A DNA stretch of 62,901 bases, counting the filler, from Octopus bimaculoides (Eukaryota): NCBI RefSeq assembly GCF_001194135.2. It is 4 parts of 3 records of this genome, joined end to end, with 100 filler letters (N's around TTAATTAATTAA, not from the genome) between each part and the next. Parts side by side here need not be neighbours in the genome. Positions count along the whole stretch, not along the records: positions 30,120 to 53,017 come from NC_068984.1; positions 53,118 to 59,292 come from NC_068988.1; positions 59,393 to 62,901 come from NC_068987.1; 1 more part is not named here. One strand, 5' to 3'. Position 1 is the stretch's first letter, and every line of letters begins with the position of its first letter. This document shows, piece after piece, positions 50,889 through 62,901 of the stretch. The translations under genes and the position numbers were made by a program. The notes under the pieces are model-generated. The model was not told the DNA's origin. It searched no databases and saw only the letters and a program-made list of their open reading frames with translations.

Positions 50889-52594
50889 TACTATAATTCA
50901 GTATATTTCTATAATATATTCTGTTTTTTATTTTTGTATATGTTTTGTAAAGTTCTTGATTCGAACTGTGAATCGAAGCACATTTTGCTGTGTCATGTAA
51001 CCAACTGACAAATAAAAATAAGGAAGCGAAATTAAACCAGTGCGTGTGCTTATTCTTGGTATAATAACCCTCCCGAGACAACGAAATTTTACATTTTTTC
51101 GATTCAATTTTTCTTCACTATTTACTTATCCTTTAATTCTTTCTCTCTCTATCTCTTTCGTTCTTTCTCTCTTTCTCTTTCTCTTTCTTTCGCTCTCTCT
51201 CTCTCTCTCTCTCTCCCCCCCTCTCTCTCATTATGTCTCTATATAACCAACTCTATTTTCATTCTTGCTATTCTTCTACTTCGTTTTCGATTTATTGTTT
51301 CTTCTTTCTCAAACTTTCCTTTCTTCTCATTCTCTTCCCATCTCATTTTATTGGGTTGTCAGATAAATCCGTTCGCTCCCTCCTTCTAGTCATTTTATTC
51401 CTATCCAATATTATTTGAATTAACATGAAAATTATTTTTATCGCAGTTTTGCTTTCTATTCCTTTTTGTAGCACTTTTCTCCCTCTATTTTTGTTTATCA
51501 TTTTTAAAATTTGAATAAATTTAACTTTTTTTGCAGACATATGAAAGTAGAAAAAACAAAAAACAAAAACAAAACGAACGAATTTATCTGATAATCCAAA
51601 ACACGGTCTCTGTCCTTCATTTCTCTTTATTTCCCCGCTTACTATCTCTAATTTTCTGTTTTTGCTTTCCTGTAAGTCGTCACTGCATCNNNNNNNNNNN
51701 NNNNNNNNNNNNNNNNNNNNNNNNNNNNNNNNNNNNNNNNNNNNNNNNNNNNNNNNNNNNNNNNNNNNNNNNNNNNNNNNNNNNNNNNNNNNNNNNNNNN
51801 NNNNNNNNNNNNNNNNNNNNNNNNNNNNNNNNNNNNNNNNNNNNNNNNNNNNNNNNNNNNNNNNNNNNNNNNNNNNNNNNNNNNNNNNNNNNNNNNNNNN
51901 NNNNNNNNNNNNNNNNNNNNNNNNNNNNNNNNNNNNNNNNNNNNNNNNNNNNNNNNNNNNNNNNNNNNNNNNNNNNNNNNNNNNNNNNNNNNNNNNNNNN
52001 NNNNNNNNNNNNNNNNNNNNNNNNNNNNNNNATATATATACATATTTCTTGTTGTGTTGTATAGGTTTTCATAGCAAGATGGAGGCGTAAAGATCTTCAG
52101 TCTTCTTCTTCTTCTTCTTCTTCTTCTTCTTCTTCTTCTTCTTCTTCTTCTTCTTCTTCTTCTTCTTCTAGTTAATGACTTGTTCAAAGTAGCGAATAAA
52201 TCCTTAGTCCGTTTCTATTAAGAGATAAACGATGCGAAAAATGAGTAATTACTCGTGATAGGGCATCGATAATGCGAACTTTTAATCTTTATTTCAGATA
52301 CTATCAATGTTTGCAGAAAGTTTTCACTGAGATTAACATTTATGTAAGTCTTCTCTGAATTTTTCACAAATCTGAAGACAATAAGTGCTCCGATGTGAAA
52401 GTGTCTCTATGTGATGTGCGTGTATACATACATACATACATACATACATACATACATGTATGTATGTATAGACAGACAGATAGATAGATAGTTGAATGTC
52501 TCAGAGATAAAATGAAAAAATTTGTCATGAGTTCTGTTCGCCGAAACAGGACAAGTCCCAGCGCTAAATTCTCTTTGCGCAAGGGTTTGATATG

Positions 52595-52760
52595 ATTTTC
52601 GCGTGTAAGCGAAAGCAGGGTTATTGTAGTCGCCCGTCGTTTGTCTGTGTGTTTGCAAAATTACTGGAAAACGGTTGAACGGATTTTCTCCAAATTTGAC
52701 AGAAATACTCATTGGATGAGTGACTCGATCTCATTAAATTTTGGTTTGATTATCTTCAAA
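52595..52760 (+). mobile_element. Helentron-associated (HINE/DINE-1-like) non-autonomous fragment
   Basis: cgcgtgtaagcgaaagcagggttattgtagtcgcccgtcgtttgtctgt..ggaaaacggttgaacggattttctccaaatttg resembles the conserved HINE core layout (recalled, not searched). Confidence 0.45.
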
Positions 52761-52967
52761 ACTGGCGGATGGGTGAAGCAAACGCTCTTCTTTTCTTTGT
52801 TACACATGCATAAATGATAAGCAGGGGAAATAACTCTTGACGTAATTTTGTTGAAAATATGAATTCGTCTGAGAATATATTTATTAAATTAAATTTTATT
52901 TTATCCTTGTGTGCGCGCAGGGTAGCCTATTTTAAAATTGTATTCCGAGTTCGATTCCAGGCGGTGA

Positions 52968-53017
<50 letters not shown>

Positions 53018-53452
53018 NNNNNNNNNNNNNNNNNNNNNNNNNNNNNNNNNNNNNNNNNNNNTTAATTAATTAANNNNNNNNNNNNNNNNNNNNNNNNNNN
53101 NNNNNNNNNNNNNNNNNGCTAATAAATTTGAAGAAAAGTCTTCCTCTTGCTTTGAACTACACCACGTGGAACTACGCAAAGGATTTAATTTTTACCAGCA
53201 AAGTGACGACTGCAGCGGAGCCGGGATCAAATCGGGCCGGAGTACCGTTGTGGCCTGAAAATTTGTTATTCTGCCTGGAACTTTATATTTTATTTATTCT
53301 TTCTGAACTGTCGTATTTCCTTTCTCCTTCTTTTATGAACTGTTTTTAGTACGAACTGTTTATATTATTTCTTCCACTTTTTTGAACTGTTTTCTCTTTT
53401 TGCCTGTTTTAAAAATTTTTCGTTGTTTAATTTTTATGTGGACATTTTTATC

Positions 53453-54510
53453 ATGGCAGAGAACATAAAGAAAAATAAGGCCACTGCTGTGGAGTGGGAG
53501 ATTATCCCACCCAAGAAGTGGTTAGATGATTTCAGGGAAAGAACGGACCTACTCTAGGTTACTCGACACCATTACGGTCTTTCCCAAAATTGTAATTGAA
53601 AAAGAGTTGGCAGAATATCTGCCAACTATTAAGTTTATGGCAAGGGGTGTAAAATATGCGACGGTTTGGTTGTTATTTGACACCCCTGAGGTGGCTCACA
53701 AGTTTGCGAGCCAGCCCTTAGAAGGGCAAAAAATTCTGTTTCTTCCCACATGCTGTGGAAAGAAATTAACTAGAGCTTGGGTCTGTGGGCTTCCACCCGG
53801 CATAGAAGCTGACTGGATAGAAGATACTATCCGACGGGGTCTGGGTGGCAGCGGAGCTAAGCTCCTAAACGTAAAAATATTACCGACAGCTGATTGAGTT
53901 GGGTCAAAAGCGGTTTTGACCCTGTGGACCCAATCAACCAGAGATCTGGTTCTCCCAGATTTTCTAAGGATGGACAGGCAGAGATATCCAGTCATAGTCG
54001 AGGGACGCTCCCCGAAGTGTCACCTGTGTCTGGAGCCTGGTCATATTAAGAAAGACTGCCCCCAGGACCAGAGTAAGGTCCTGGAACAATTAATAAATGT
54101 TGTTCCCCCCTCTCTCCTAGTGGAGGGAGAGACGGAGAAAGTCGAGGAGGTTTCCACTTCCTCGAAGAAAGGGAAGAAAAGAAAGAAGGTGGGCAACAAT
54201 GGTTGCTTACCGAAAGTTGCGGGGGAGGAGGAGGGCCTTATGGCTAAGGTGTAAGTGCGTCCTATTCCAGTGGCCCCACCAAAAAAAGAAGAAAAATAAG
54301 AACGGGACACGACCGGAGCCCGGTAGTGCACAGCCGGCGTGTCCCGAAGCTCTGTTGGTGGGAATTGTGTCACGAACGGAGGAACTGAGGCCTCGACCTA
54401 TGAGGAGGAGGAATTTGTGGTCCTCTTCCACAAGGGATGGTCCGTTGAGAATTTTGTAAAAATGTTTGCCAGGAAGGGTCGGACGAGAGGGATCCTCACC
54501 TGTACCAAGG
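53453..54510 (+). pseudogene. Gag-like ORF1 of a non-LTR retrotransposon (L1/Tx1- or I/Jockey-like), disrupted
   Basis: ATG at 53453 (MAENIKKNKATAVEWEIIPPKKW); a frameshift and in-frame TGA; RRM-like region (AWVCGLPPGI); zinc knuckle IVEGRSPKCHLCLEPGHIKKDC (CX2CX4HX4C); runs into an N gap. Confidence 0.75.
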
Positions 54511-55768
54511 NNNNNNNNNNNNNNNNNNNNNNNNNNNNNNNNNNNNNNNNNNNNNNNNNNNNNNNNNNNNNNNNNNNNNNNNNNNNNNNNNNNNNNNNNN
54601 NNNNNNNNNNNNNNNNNNNNNNNNNNNNNNNNNNNNNNNNNNNNNNNNNNNNNNNNNNNNNNNNNNNNNNNNNNNNNNNNNNNNNNNNNNNNNNNNNNNN
54701 NNNNNNNNNNNNNNNNNNNNNNNNNNNNNNNNNNNNNNNNNNNNNNNNNNNNNNNNNNNNNNNNNNNNNNNNNNNNNNNNNNNNNNNNNNNNNNNNNNNN
54801 NNNNNNNNNNNNNNNNNNNNNNNNNNNNNNNNNNNNNNNNNNNNNNNNNNNNNNNNNNNNNNNNNNNNNNNNNNNNNNNNNNNNNNNNNNNNNNNNNNNN
54901 NNNNNNNNNNNNNNNNNNNNNNNNNNNNNNNNNNNNNNNNNNNNNNNNNNNNNNNNNNNNNNNNNNNNNNNNNNNNNNNNNNNNNNNNNNNNNNNNNNNN
55001 NNNNNNNNNNNNNNNNNNNNNNNNNNNNNNNNNNNNNNNNNNNNNNNNNNNNNNNNNNNNNNNNNNNNNNNNNNNNNNNNNNNNNNNNNNNNNNNNNNNN
55101 NNNNNNNNNNNNNNNNNNNNNNNNNNNNNNNNNNGAAAGAACAAAAAGATAAAGTCCGCAGGGTGAGTCGTTTTTTTGTCCTCCGAGCTGGGCAGGAATT
55201 TATTGTGTTTTCTTTTTTCAGTAAGTTCCTGCCTAGCTCTGGGGCAATTTCGTCTGCCTTAGCGGCTTTAAATTGCAGCTCGCTTTAGCGAGCAAAAATA
55301 TTGTCTTCCTCGTTATTGGTGGGCGTGTTCGAGCCGCCATAAAGGCAGAATGAGAATTTTGTTGAAAACTTTTTTGAGTAAAATTCTGTGTGATGTTTTT
55401 CGCCAAATAACCTGTGCATTCTGGTGGGCGTGTTTCGCCGGAAAAGTTGTAACCTGTGGATTTTACCCTGTGAAGCTTATCTAAGCTGGAGTACAAACCA
55501 GAAGAACCCTGACTATTTGATTTACCTGGTTGGAGTATTATACAGAGCCAACAATTCCCTGTCTGTTCTATTTAAGTGCATTGTTTTCGTTTTATTTTTA
55601 TTTTTCCCTCCTCCCATTTTTTCTTTCTAAATTTCGGTTCATTCTTCTTTTTCTCATTATTTTTAATTTCAGTTTCATCTCCCATCTTGTTTTCTTCTAT
55701 TTATATTAATTTTTGGTGGATTGTTTTTGTGAACTGTTTTTGAACTGTTTTTTTTTTATTTTTTGGAC

Positions 55769-55992
55769 ATGGCAGAGAAGGAACTTAAAAAGAAAAACCC
55801 TGTCTTGGAGTGGGAAATTATCCCACCCAAGTAGTGGTTAAAAGGTATGGAGGAGAGGACGGTAGTGGTTAGAACTTACTCGAAAGTTCTTGATACCATC
55901 ACCGTCTTCCCAAAACCAACTATACAAAAAGAACTGAAAGACTATTTGTCCTCTGTGAAATACATATCCCGCGGTGTCAAACACGCAACCTT
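55769..55992 (+). pseudogene. Second, diverged 5' fragment of the same ORF1
   Basis: MAEKELKKKNPVLEWEIIPPK*WLKGMEERTVVVRTYSKVLDTITVFPKPTIQKELKDYLSSVKYISRGVKHAT aligns to the 53453 copy. Shared upstream gaactgtttt motifs. Confidence 0.8.
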
Positions 55993-56174
55993 ATAAACAT
56001 TGTGATCATATCGTCCCATTATTTCAGATTACATTGTATTAGTCTTTATAAGCCTATACATTTTTCGTTTTCTTAATAAGGCAGGGTCCGATCTGATTGG
56101 TATTAGACAGCTATTCTAAATCTGCTTCCTCGCTTAAGACAGATGCTTTGTACAACCGATTAACATTGGTGTCA

Positions 56175-56692
56175 AATCGTTGCACAAGGACAGCAGTTTT
56201 GGGGGAGGGGCTAAGTCGATTAAATCGACCCAGTGCATAGCTGGTACTTATTTTATCGATCCCGAAAGATTGAAAGGCAAAGTTGGCCTCGGGAGTTTGA
56301 ACTCAAAACATAAAGGCATACGAAATACCGCTAAGCATTTTGCTCGGCGTGCTAACGATTCTGGCAGCTTACCGCCCTACAGGTTTAATATCAAAACTGA
56401 AATCAGAAGGTGAAAGAAATCTCGAAGGTTTTGTTTCGCTAAGATTTTCTCTAAATCAAAATAATAATAATTAAAGTTCTTTCTAATTTTGGCACAAGAC
56501 CAGCAATTTCGATGGGAGAGCTCAAGTTGATTACGTCGAATCAAGTACTTGACTGGAACTATATTTTACCGACCTCTTGAGGATGAAGGGCAGAATTGAC
56601 CTTTGTGGGAATTGAACTCAGAACATAAAGACGAACGAAATGCCGCTAGATATTTTGTCCGGTCTACTAAAGATTCTGCCTGCACACCGCTT
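56175..56692 (-). mobile_element. Two SINE family C copies (about 56175-56378 and 56480-56692)
   Basis: Reverse complements of the family C consensus. Confidence 0.8.
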
Positions 56693-56785
56693 AATAATAA
56701 TGATAATAACGTAAGGAGTCGGAAAAAATGCCGCTAAGCATTTTGTCCGACTCTGTCCCAGCTGTTGCACTTCCTGTTAACAAAA

Positions 56786-57020
56786 ATATCTCTGAAAACG
56801 TTTCAGAAATTGAGCAAATATAAACACTTGGAGATAAAAATCAGAAGAATGCAGGATTTCAAAGCAACAATATTACCTATTGTTATTGGAACACTTGGAA
56901 TGATATCAAAAGGAGCAAAATATGTAGACCAAATTCCTGGCAGCGCCAAAATACGTGAATTGTAAACGATCATACTTATGAGTACCTCACATATTTTACT
57001 TAAATTCCTCTCTATGTAAA
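56786..57020 (+). mobile_element. R4/Dong-type RLE C-terminal remnant
   Basis: QKLSKYKHLEIKIRRMQDFKATILPIVIGTLGMI..IREL*TIILMSTSHILLKFLSM*. Confidence 0.75.
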
Positions 57021-57220
57021 TGTAATCTTGCTCATCCAGTGTTATAAATTTTATAAAGAGATTTTTTTTTGTTTTTACAGAGACATCAGTTTTTCTTTTT
57101 ATATTTGCATGGCAACTCACTCGCGTCTTTTGATTCAAAAAGCTTCTTGTCTTTTGACGTTTCTGGTTGAGACTTAGGAGCAGTTTGCATAAACTAAATG
57201 CAAAACACTACTACTACTAT

Positions 57221-57249
<29 letters not shown>

Positions 57250-57252
<3 letters not shown>

Positions 57253-57530
57253 TTGAGGCAAGAAGACCGGGCATGATTATAGAGCACAAAATAAACGGAG
57301 TGCAAGAGCATAGATTTTGCAATTCCCTAAGATAGCAGAGTCGATACCAAGGAAATGGAAAAACTGAGAAATGCCAGGATTTAACCAGAGAGCAGAGGAG
57401 ACTGTGAGAGATCAAGACAATTATTGTTCCTGTAATAATTGATGTACTTGGCACAACATCCAAAATACCTAAAAGACTGAAAGAAATTGGACTTCAAACT
57501 CGCAAGAATTCTAAGAAATTCTTGAGATTT
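57250..57530 (+). mobile_element. R4/Dong-type RLE (PD-D/ExK) remnant after (TAC)n
   Basis: IEARRPGMII..EKCQDLTREQRRL*EIKTIIVPVIIDVLGTT..RLKEIG resembles IEARRPDI..KYQDL..RLW..VPVVIGALG. Confidence 0.75.
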
Positions 57531-58208
57531 GAGGAAACTTGTTACCATCAAGCCTCAAGATAAAATATCTGCTAAATAAATTAACATGTATTTGCGTAAT
57601 GATAATAATACTTGATACTATATCAAGCAGTGGCTCCCATGGCTTCTGATCATAACTGATTGGAAGTGTTTTTCCTGGTGTAAAAGATGAGCTAAAGCAA
57701 ATATTTTGCTCAACACCATAGATTTGTTTGTCATTTGCTTGACCTTAACCGGTTGAGCATGTCCCTTAGTGGCTGACGATATGTACATCTCTGATCACGA
57801 GCGGGAGTAGTGAGGGAACATCACAGCCATGCGTTGAGAAGGATTCTTTGGAGATTGAATAATTCACCCCTGGAAACATGGGTGTTTCGTTCATTACCCT
57901 TAAATAAACCTTCTTCGGGAACGTTTTCAGAGGGATCAGCTACTTGACCTAAAAAGAATTCAAACTGGGCCCCACCAGCCAGTTCATGTGCTGTTTATCA
58001 TTATATGAGGTCATTATGTCGCGAATATATAGTTGTGATACATGTGCCTGGTGTACCCTTACCAGACGTGTAGTCATGATGGGGATACTGGGCTTCGTAT
58101 ATTTGTACCCCAGCGTCACTTTCATGGCATGCGCTGTTCTGCCAAATAACAACAGCAACAACAACAGAAACAACAACAACAACAACAATAATAATATTAA
58201 TTTATAAT

Positions 58209-58310
58209 AATAAAGGGAAAATCATCCTAATTCCCAAATCCACGGAAAAGGAAAAGCCACAAGACTACAGACCTGTAACCTGTCTCCCTACAATCTACAA
58301 AGCTATCTTT
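58209..58310 (+). mobile_element. Non-LTR reverse-transcriptase N-terminal fragment after (AAT)n
   Basis: KGKIILIPKSTEKEKPQDYRPVTCLPTIYKAI contains LIPK..YRPxTCLPxIYK. Confidence 0.75.
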
Positions 58311-59139
58311 TCTACCGAGTGCTATCGCAAGTTCACAAAATGAGCGTTAAAGTCCACTGTCTCTGGCCTAACACTAGACCCAAACAGTTGAGCAAAAGCG
58401 CTTGTGGAAAACTGCACTTATGTGGCATGAATCGAATAGTTGGAGCCCATCATGTTCTGTCAGAAATGATCTGGTACCATTTTCGCCACTCTCACGATAA
58501 CTTTCGTAACTTACTCTTCTAATCTGTTGACTAGACATCACCTTTATATTGCTTTTTAGTGTTACGTTTTTACACGACTGATTCTACATCAAAGAACCTA
58601 TTCAGGAAAATCTTCCACAGTTAACTTCCGCGGAACTAGTACGCTAGTCCTGTCGCTGTAAGCTTTCCAAGTCGGCAAAGGTTTTCAGTAATCGGAGCGG
58701 AAACTTGTCAACAACTCCTCCTCCTCTTCTTTCTCTTCCTCCTCTTCTTTCTCCTCCTCCTCCTGCAAAAACACGCTGCAGATTGTAATTGTCAATAAAA
58801 TAGAACTAAAATTTAAGTTTCTACTTTCTGTGCGGCGCGGTACTAATTGATTCGCAGCTCGGTGGTTGGGGGCTCTTGTCCTTATTGCTACCCAGTAATA
58901 TAAGAAAACCCACACAGTCTTACCACTCGAAATGATAAAAGATAACACAAATCGTGCAACACATTCAAAACAATGTCCAACAAAAATAACACAATTCACA
59001 TAAGACTTAGACTACAAAACAAACTTTCGAAATACTGAAGAAACACATGAAACAACAAAGCGTGTCCCAAAACAAAACAAAAAATATGAAAAGTATTGTG
59101 TTATATTAAATTATACAAGACCACGTGTTGCATGAGTTG

Positions 59140-59176
<37 letters not shown>

Positions 59177-59257
59177 TTATGTTTGAATTTTGCCTTGCAT
59201 TTGTACAAGTTGGCTCCAAGTTTAACCCAGACACCTCAAGAGACAACAAGTTAGAGG

Positions 59258-59292
<35 letters not shown>

Positions 59293-60502
59293 NNNNNNNN
59301 NNNNNNNNNNNNNNNNNNNNNNNNNNNNNNNNNNNNTTAATTAATTAANNNNNNNNNNNNNNNNNNNNNNNNNNNNNNNNNNNNNNNNNNNNATATATAT
59401 ATATATATATATATATACAGGTAAACATATAGATCCATACATATATGCATGCATACATATGTATATTTGCAAAAAAACGCACACACACACACACATATAC
59501 ATATATGTATAGTGATATATATATATGTGTGTGTCTGCGTGTGTATGTATGTATGCATGTAGAAATATATGCATACGTGTTTAACTATGTATACACGTGT
59601 TGTGTATGCGAGTGTTGTCTATTTATCTAACCATATTCGAATGTGTCTCGCTTTCTATCAGCAAACATATAGCGTTGCATTTATCTGAGTTTGTGGTGCT
59701 TCGCTGTGTGTGCTCTGATCTTTAAATATCAGTAAAGAAATTATGGTGAACAGCATCGTAGCGTCAAGTATACATTAACGAGAAATCGCAGCAGCTGTTG
59801 AAGTTCGATCGTTAGAATGCCGCGGGAAATGGTCCATATTGCTTTGAGCTAACCTGACAAGTTCCATACTTCATACGCTTTTTAACAAATCACAGTCAAT
59901 CCCACTATTTTATAGATATGAATATTAATATCTATTGAATCAATAATCACTCAATATAAGCGAGACCTCTGACTGGGAAATAAATGCGTGTTGAAATGTT
60001 TAAAACAATTTTCATTTTCAAAGCATTAATGTTGGATAATTCCAATAGTATATATAGTCCATTTATTTATATCGGATTTCTTAGATTTATGTCCGTTTGA
60101 AGCAAACCATTTAGAGTAATTTAGGAATACAAGTAAATCTTACAAAATTCAGAGATCATGTGTGTCATATATATCTATATAAAACATACATCACTCCTTA
60201 GTAAAATATAATTAACTATTATCACAATGACACACATGCAAAAAAAATCCAGGCTTTAATGGTATCGCGAAAGGTCTGGCTGGGGGTTCAACATTCCCAG
60301 TTCTTTTACAGGGCTTAGAAAACTGAAGTTTCGATGCAACAAATGCATGAATTTGAGAGGGGAATAAGTTGAAAGAAGTCATATTTAACTGCTCCTCCTG
60401 TATTTTTTAAACCAAAGACAGGAACCTGGAGTACCCCCTCTTATACATATACATGCATACACACATACACATATATATATGGATATATATATATATATAT
60501 AT

Positions 60503-60555
<53 letters not shown>

Positions 60556-61109
60556 TATGTATGTATGTATGAATATATACACTCAGTACTCTTTTTGAAC
60601 GAGGGACACGTACCAGAGACTACCCTGCAAAATAAAACCGTGTAAAAAAATACAGTGTACATAAGAAAATTGGAGATATTTTCCATCCAAATATATTTTA
60701 TAAAAAACAAATTATTTTCATATACAAATATAGAAATAAATTGAATCTTTTTATTTATACATACACACATACACACGCACGCACACACACGTAAACACAC
60801 ACACACACACACACACATACATATATATAGCATAACCATTCAGTTATACAGTGTCACTGCTAGACAATAAACATACCCTCATTCTGTTGCTTTTCGGTGG
60901 CGCAAAATCCCTCTCGCCACAGGAGATATTTAATGGCGATATATCTTCATGTGTATTTCGAATGAGATTAACATCTTATGTTTCTTTTGTTCCAATGGTT
61001 TTGAATACGAATTCAGTTATCAGACGATGTGATTTTGTTTCGTTAGTTCTTTATCTGATTCTTCATAACGAGCCATAATAATTTTCAAATCATGTTGGAA
61101 TTGTACTGC

Positions 61110-62765
61110 TCATTCAACATTATTATTATTTCCAAGTTTATTGGTTACTTGAAAATCTTCTAGAACTGTACTTGCAGATACATCTTCATCATCACTACTA
61201 TAAACTAACGTGGAACCATATACATTCTCTGAAATACTCTTTATAATTTGGTTTTCATTAGGAGCTTCGTCAATTGTTAATTCTGCAATATCTTCAATTT
61301 TTAATTCTTCACAAACTTCTCTGCTAATCTGATGTGACAAAGTGATGATATCAGAATGTAATTCGTTCCTATTTATATTTGACACAAAATTTTTGGGCTT
61401 TACTCATTCTGGGCAAAGTGATCTCCAGCATACATTTAGAGTAGATGGCTTTAATTAGAATAAAGATAGGGCAGCACATTTAACACAATTAATTATAGTA
61501 AACTGTTTGCATGACTGAATGTTTGAAAGGGAACCATCTTTTTCCAGTTCATCTATAATATATTCAAATGTTAGCTGGATATAATATGATTTGAGTGTTG
61601 AAATTATACCCTGATCAAATGTTGAGTTAGCGATGTTGTATTAGGTGGCAAGGATACGACTTTTCCATTCAGGTATACCGAATCTGGACGACCGGATGCA
61701 TTGTCTATAAACTCAAGACCTTTATCTTCCATATATCGTCTTACTTCAGGAACGAAGCAGTAGTTAAACCAGTCAGTAAATATTTCTGCTATCATCCATA
61801 ATTTTTTATTGACTCTCTAATGAACTAGTAATTCATTTAAGCCTGCACCTTTCATTGCACGCGGAAAAACTGATCGATTAATCAATAACTGTTTTAACAG
61901 CCAATCTCCTGAAGTATTGCTACATAACAAGAAAGTGACATGGTCTTTAGCTGCCTTAAGACCACTGGCACTTTTCTCTGATTCTGCTATATACGTTCTG
62001 TTTGGCATTATTTCGAAAGCGAAAGTAGTTTCATCTGCGTTGAAAACTTGATCTGAAATGTAACCGCCTTCTTCAATTATTTTGGAAGAGTTTTGGAAGA
62101 AATTCTTCGGCAGCAGTCTTATCTACCGATGAGATTTCACCTCTTATTTTTATATTATCCAGTGCGTGTCTTTCGGGGAATTTTTCAGCAAATTCATTCT
62201 TCTTTTTATCACTAGACAGATGTGGCGCACTTGATGTCTCCAGATCATTAATCTTCTTGTAAAATCGTAATGCCATCTACGGGTATCTTTTTTTTATAGT
62301 TTTCTTCTATCCATATTATTAATGATTTCTCCATTTTTCCAGAATCATATCTCTTGTATATGACGACAACTTTGCAGATAATTTTGTTTCAAAAGTTACA
62401 AATCATCTAATGGCAGCATCATTCCTTTTGATCGTTCTTATCGTAGCTTCGTTCAGGCAGAAACTCTATCCAAGGATGCTGCACTTTCACCTTTATGAAG
62501 ACGATCTAAAATATTGTTATTGGTCTTCAAAGAAACTGATGTTCTTTTATTTTTCTTGGATCTATCAACCGACATTTTGGGGTACGTTATCACTGCCACG
62601 ATCACAAATAAGAGATATAGCAGAAGATGAAACATGCGACACATCCTTCGTATTAAACGCGATGCTAACGAATGCCGTCCCGCACCGTCTGATGGAGCGG
62701 TTACATGCAATCAGAAGAAGGTACAGAGCATAGGTCCTGCCACACCGGAGAGTGGGGGATCACTA
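61110..62765 (-). mobile_element. Tigger/pogo (TIGD1-like) DNA transposon with a multiply disrupted transposase
   Basis: ATG at 62575 (MSVDRSKKNKRTSVSLK..LDRLHKGESAASL, CENP-B-type HTH), then QVFNADET, AAKDHVTFLLCSNTSGD, FTDWFNYCFVPEV..DNASG, LPPNTTSL. TIR-like tagtgatccccc|TA at 62765. Left TIR not found. Confidence 0.85.
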
Positions 62766-62901
62766 TACGGAAAAAAATAGATTAGATTCTATTTTTCTTG
62801 TTAAATTGTTACTTAATCATGTTACATAGTGTTTCGGCGTTTTGTAAATTATAATTGATTAATGTTACTTGCTACTTGCAATAAATTATGTGGTCACACA
62901 A

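Noticed and set aside
60840-60870. Left TIR of the Tigger element (ta|cagtg..)
   Set aside because: Only 5 bp match the right-hand TIR.

Overview
This is AT-rich animal genomic DNA from a gapped draft assembly. The repeat families and microsatellite load point to an octopus or other cephalopod (inference from recalled repeat families, not a database hit). Most of the window is microsatellite plus mobile-element debris: at least four tRNA-headed SINE families, and remnants of RTE and R4/Dong-type (RLE) non-LTR retrotransposons. It also holds gag-like ORF1 copies, Penelope-like elements (PLEs, two GIY-YIG remnants), Tc1, maT, mariner and Tigger/pogo transposons, and several MITEs. No intact known gene was recognised. 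A possible unidentified minus-strand spliced gene has candidate exons at about 2.6-11 kb. The most notable signal is a set of unrelated minimal type-I hammerhead-ribozyme (HHR) motifs at PLE-like termini. One is core-intact (18530-18575) and lies downstream of a Pol III tRNA-like head and an (AAT)n spacer, suggesting a SINE-like ribozyme retroelement that may use PLE machinery. Almost all listed ORFs are microsatellite or N-gap artefacts. Repeat boundaries were read by eye and are approximate.
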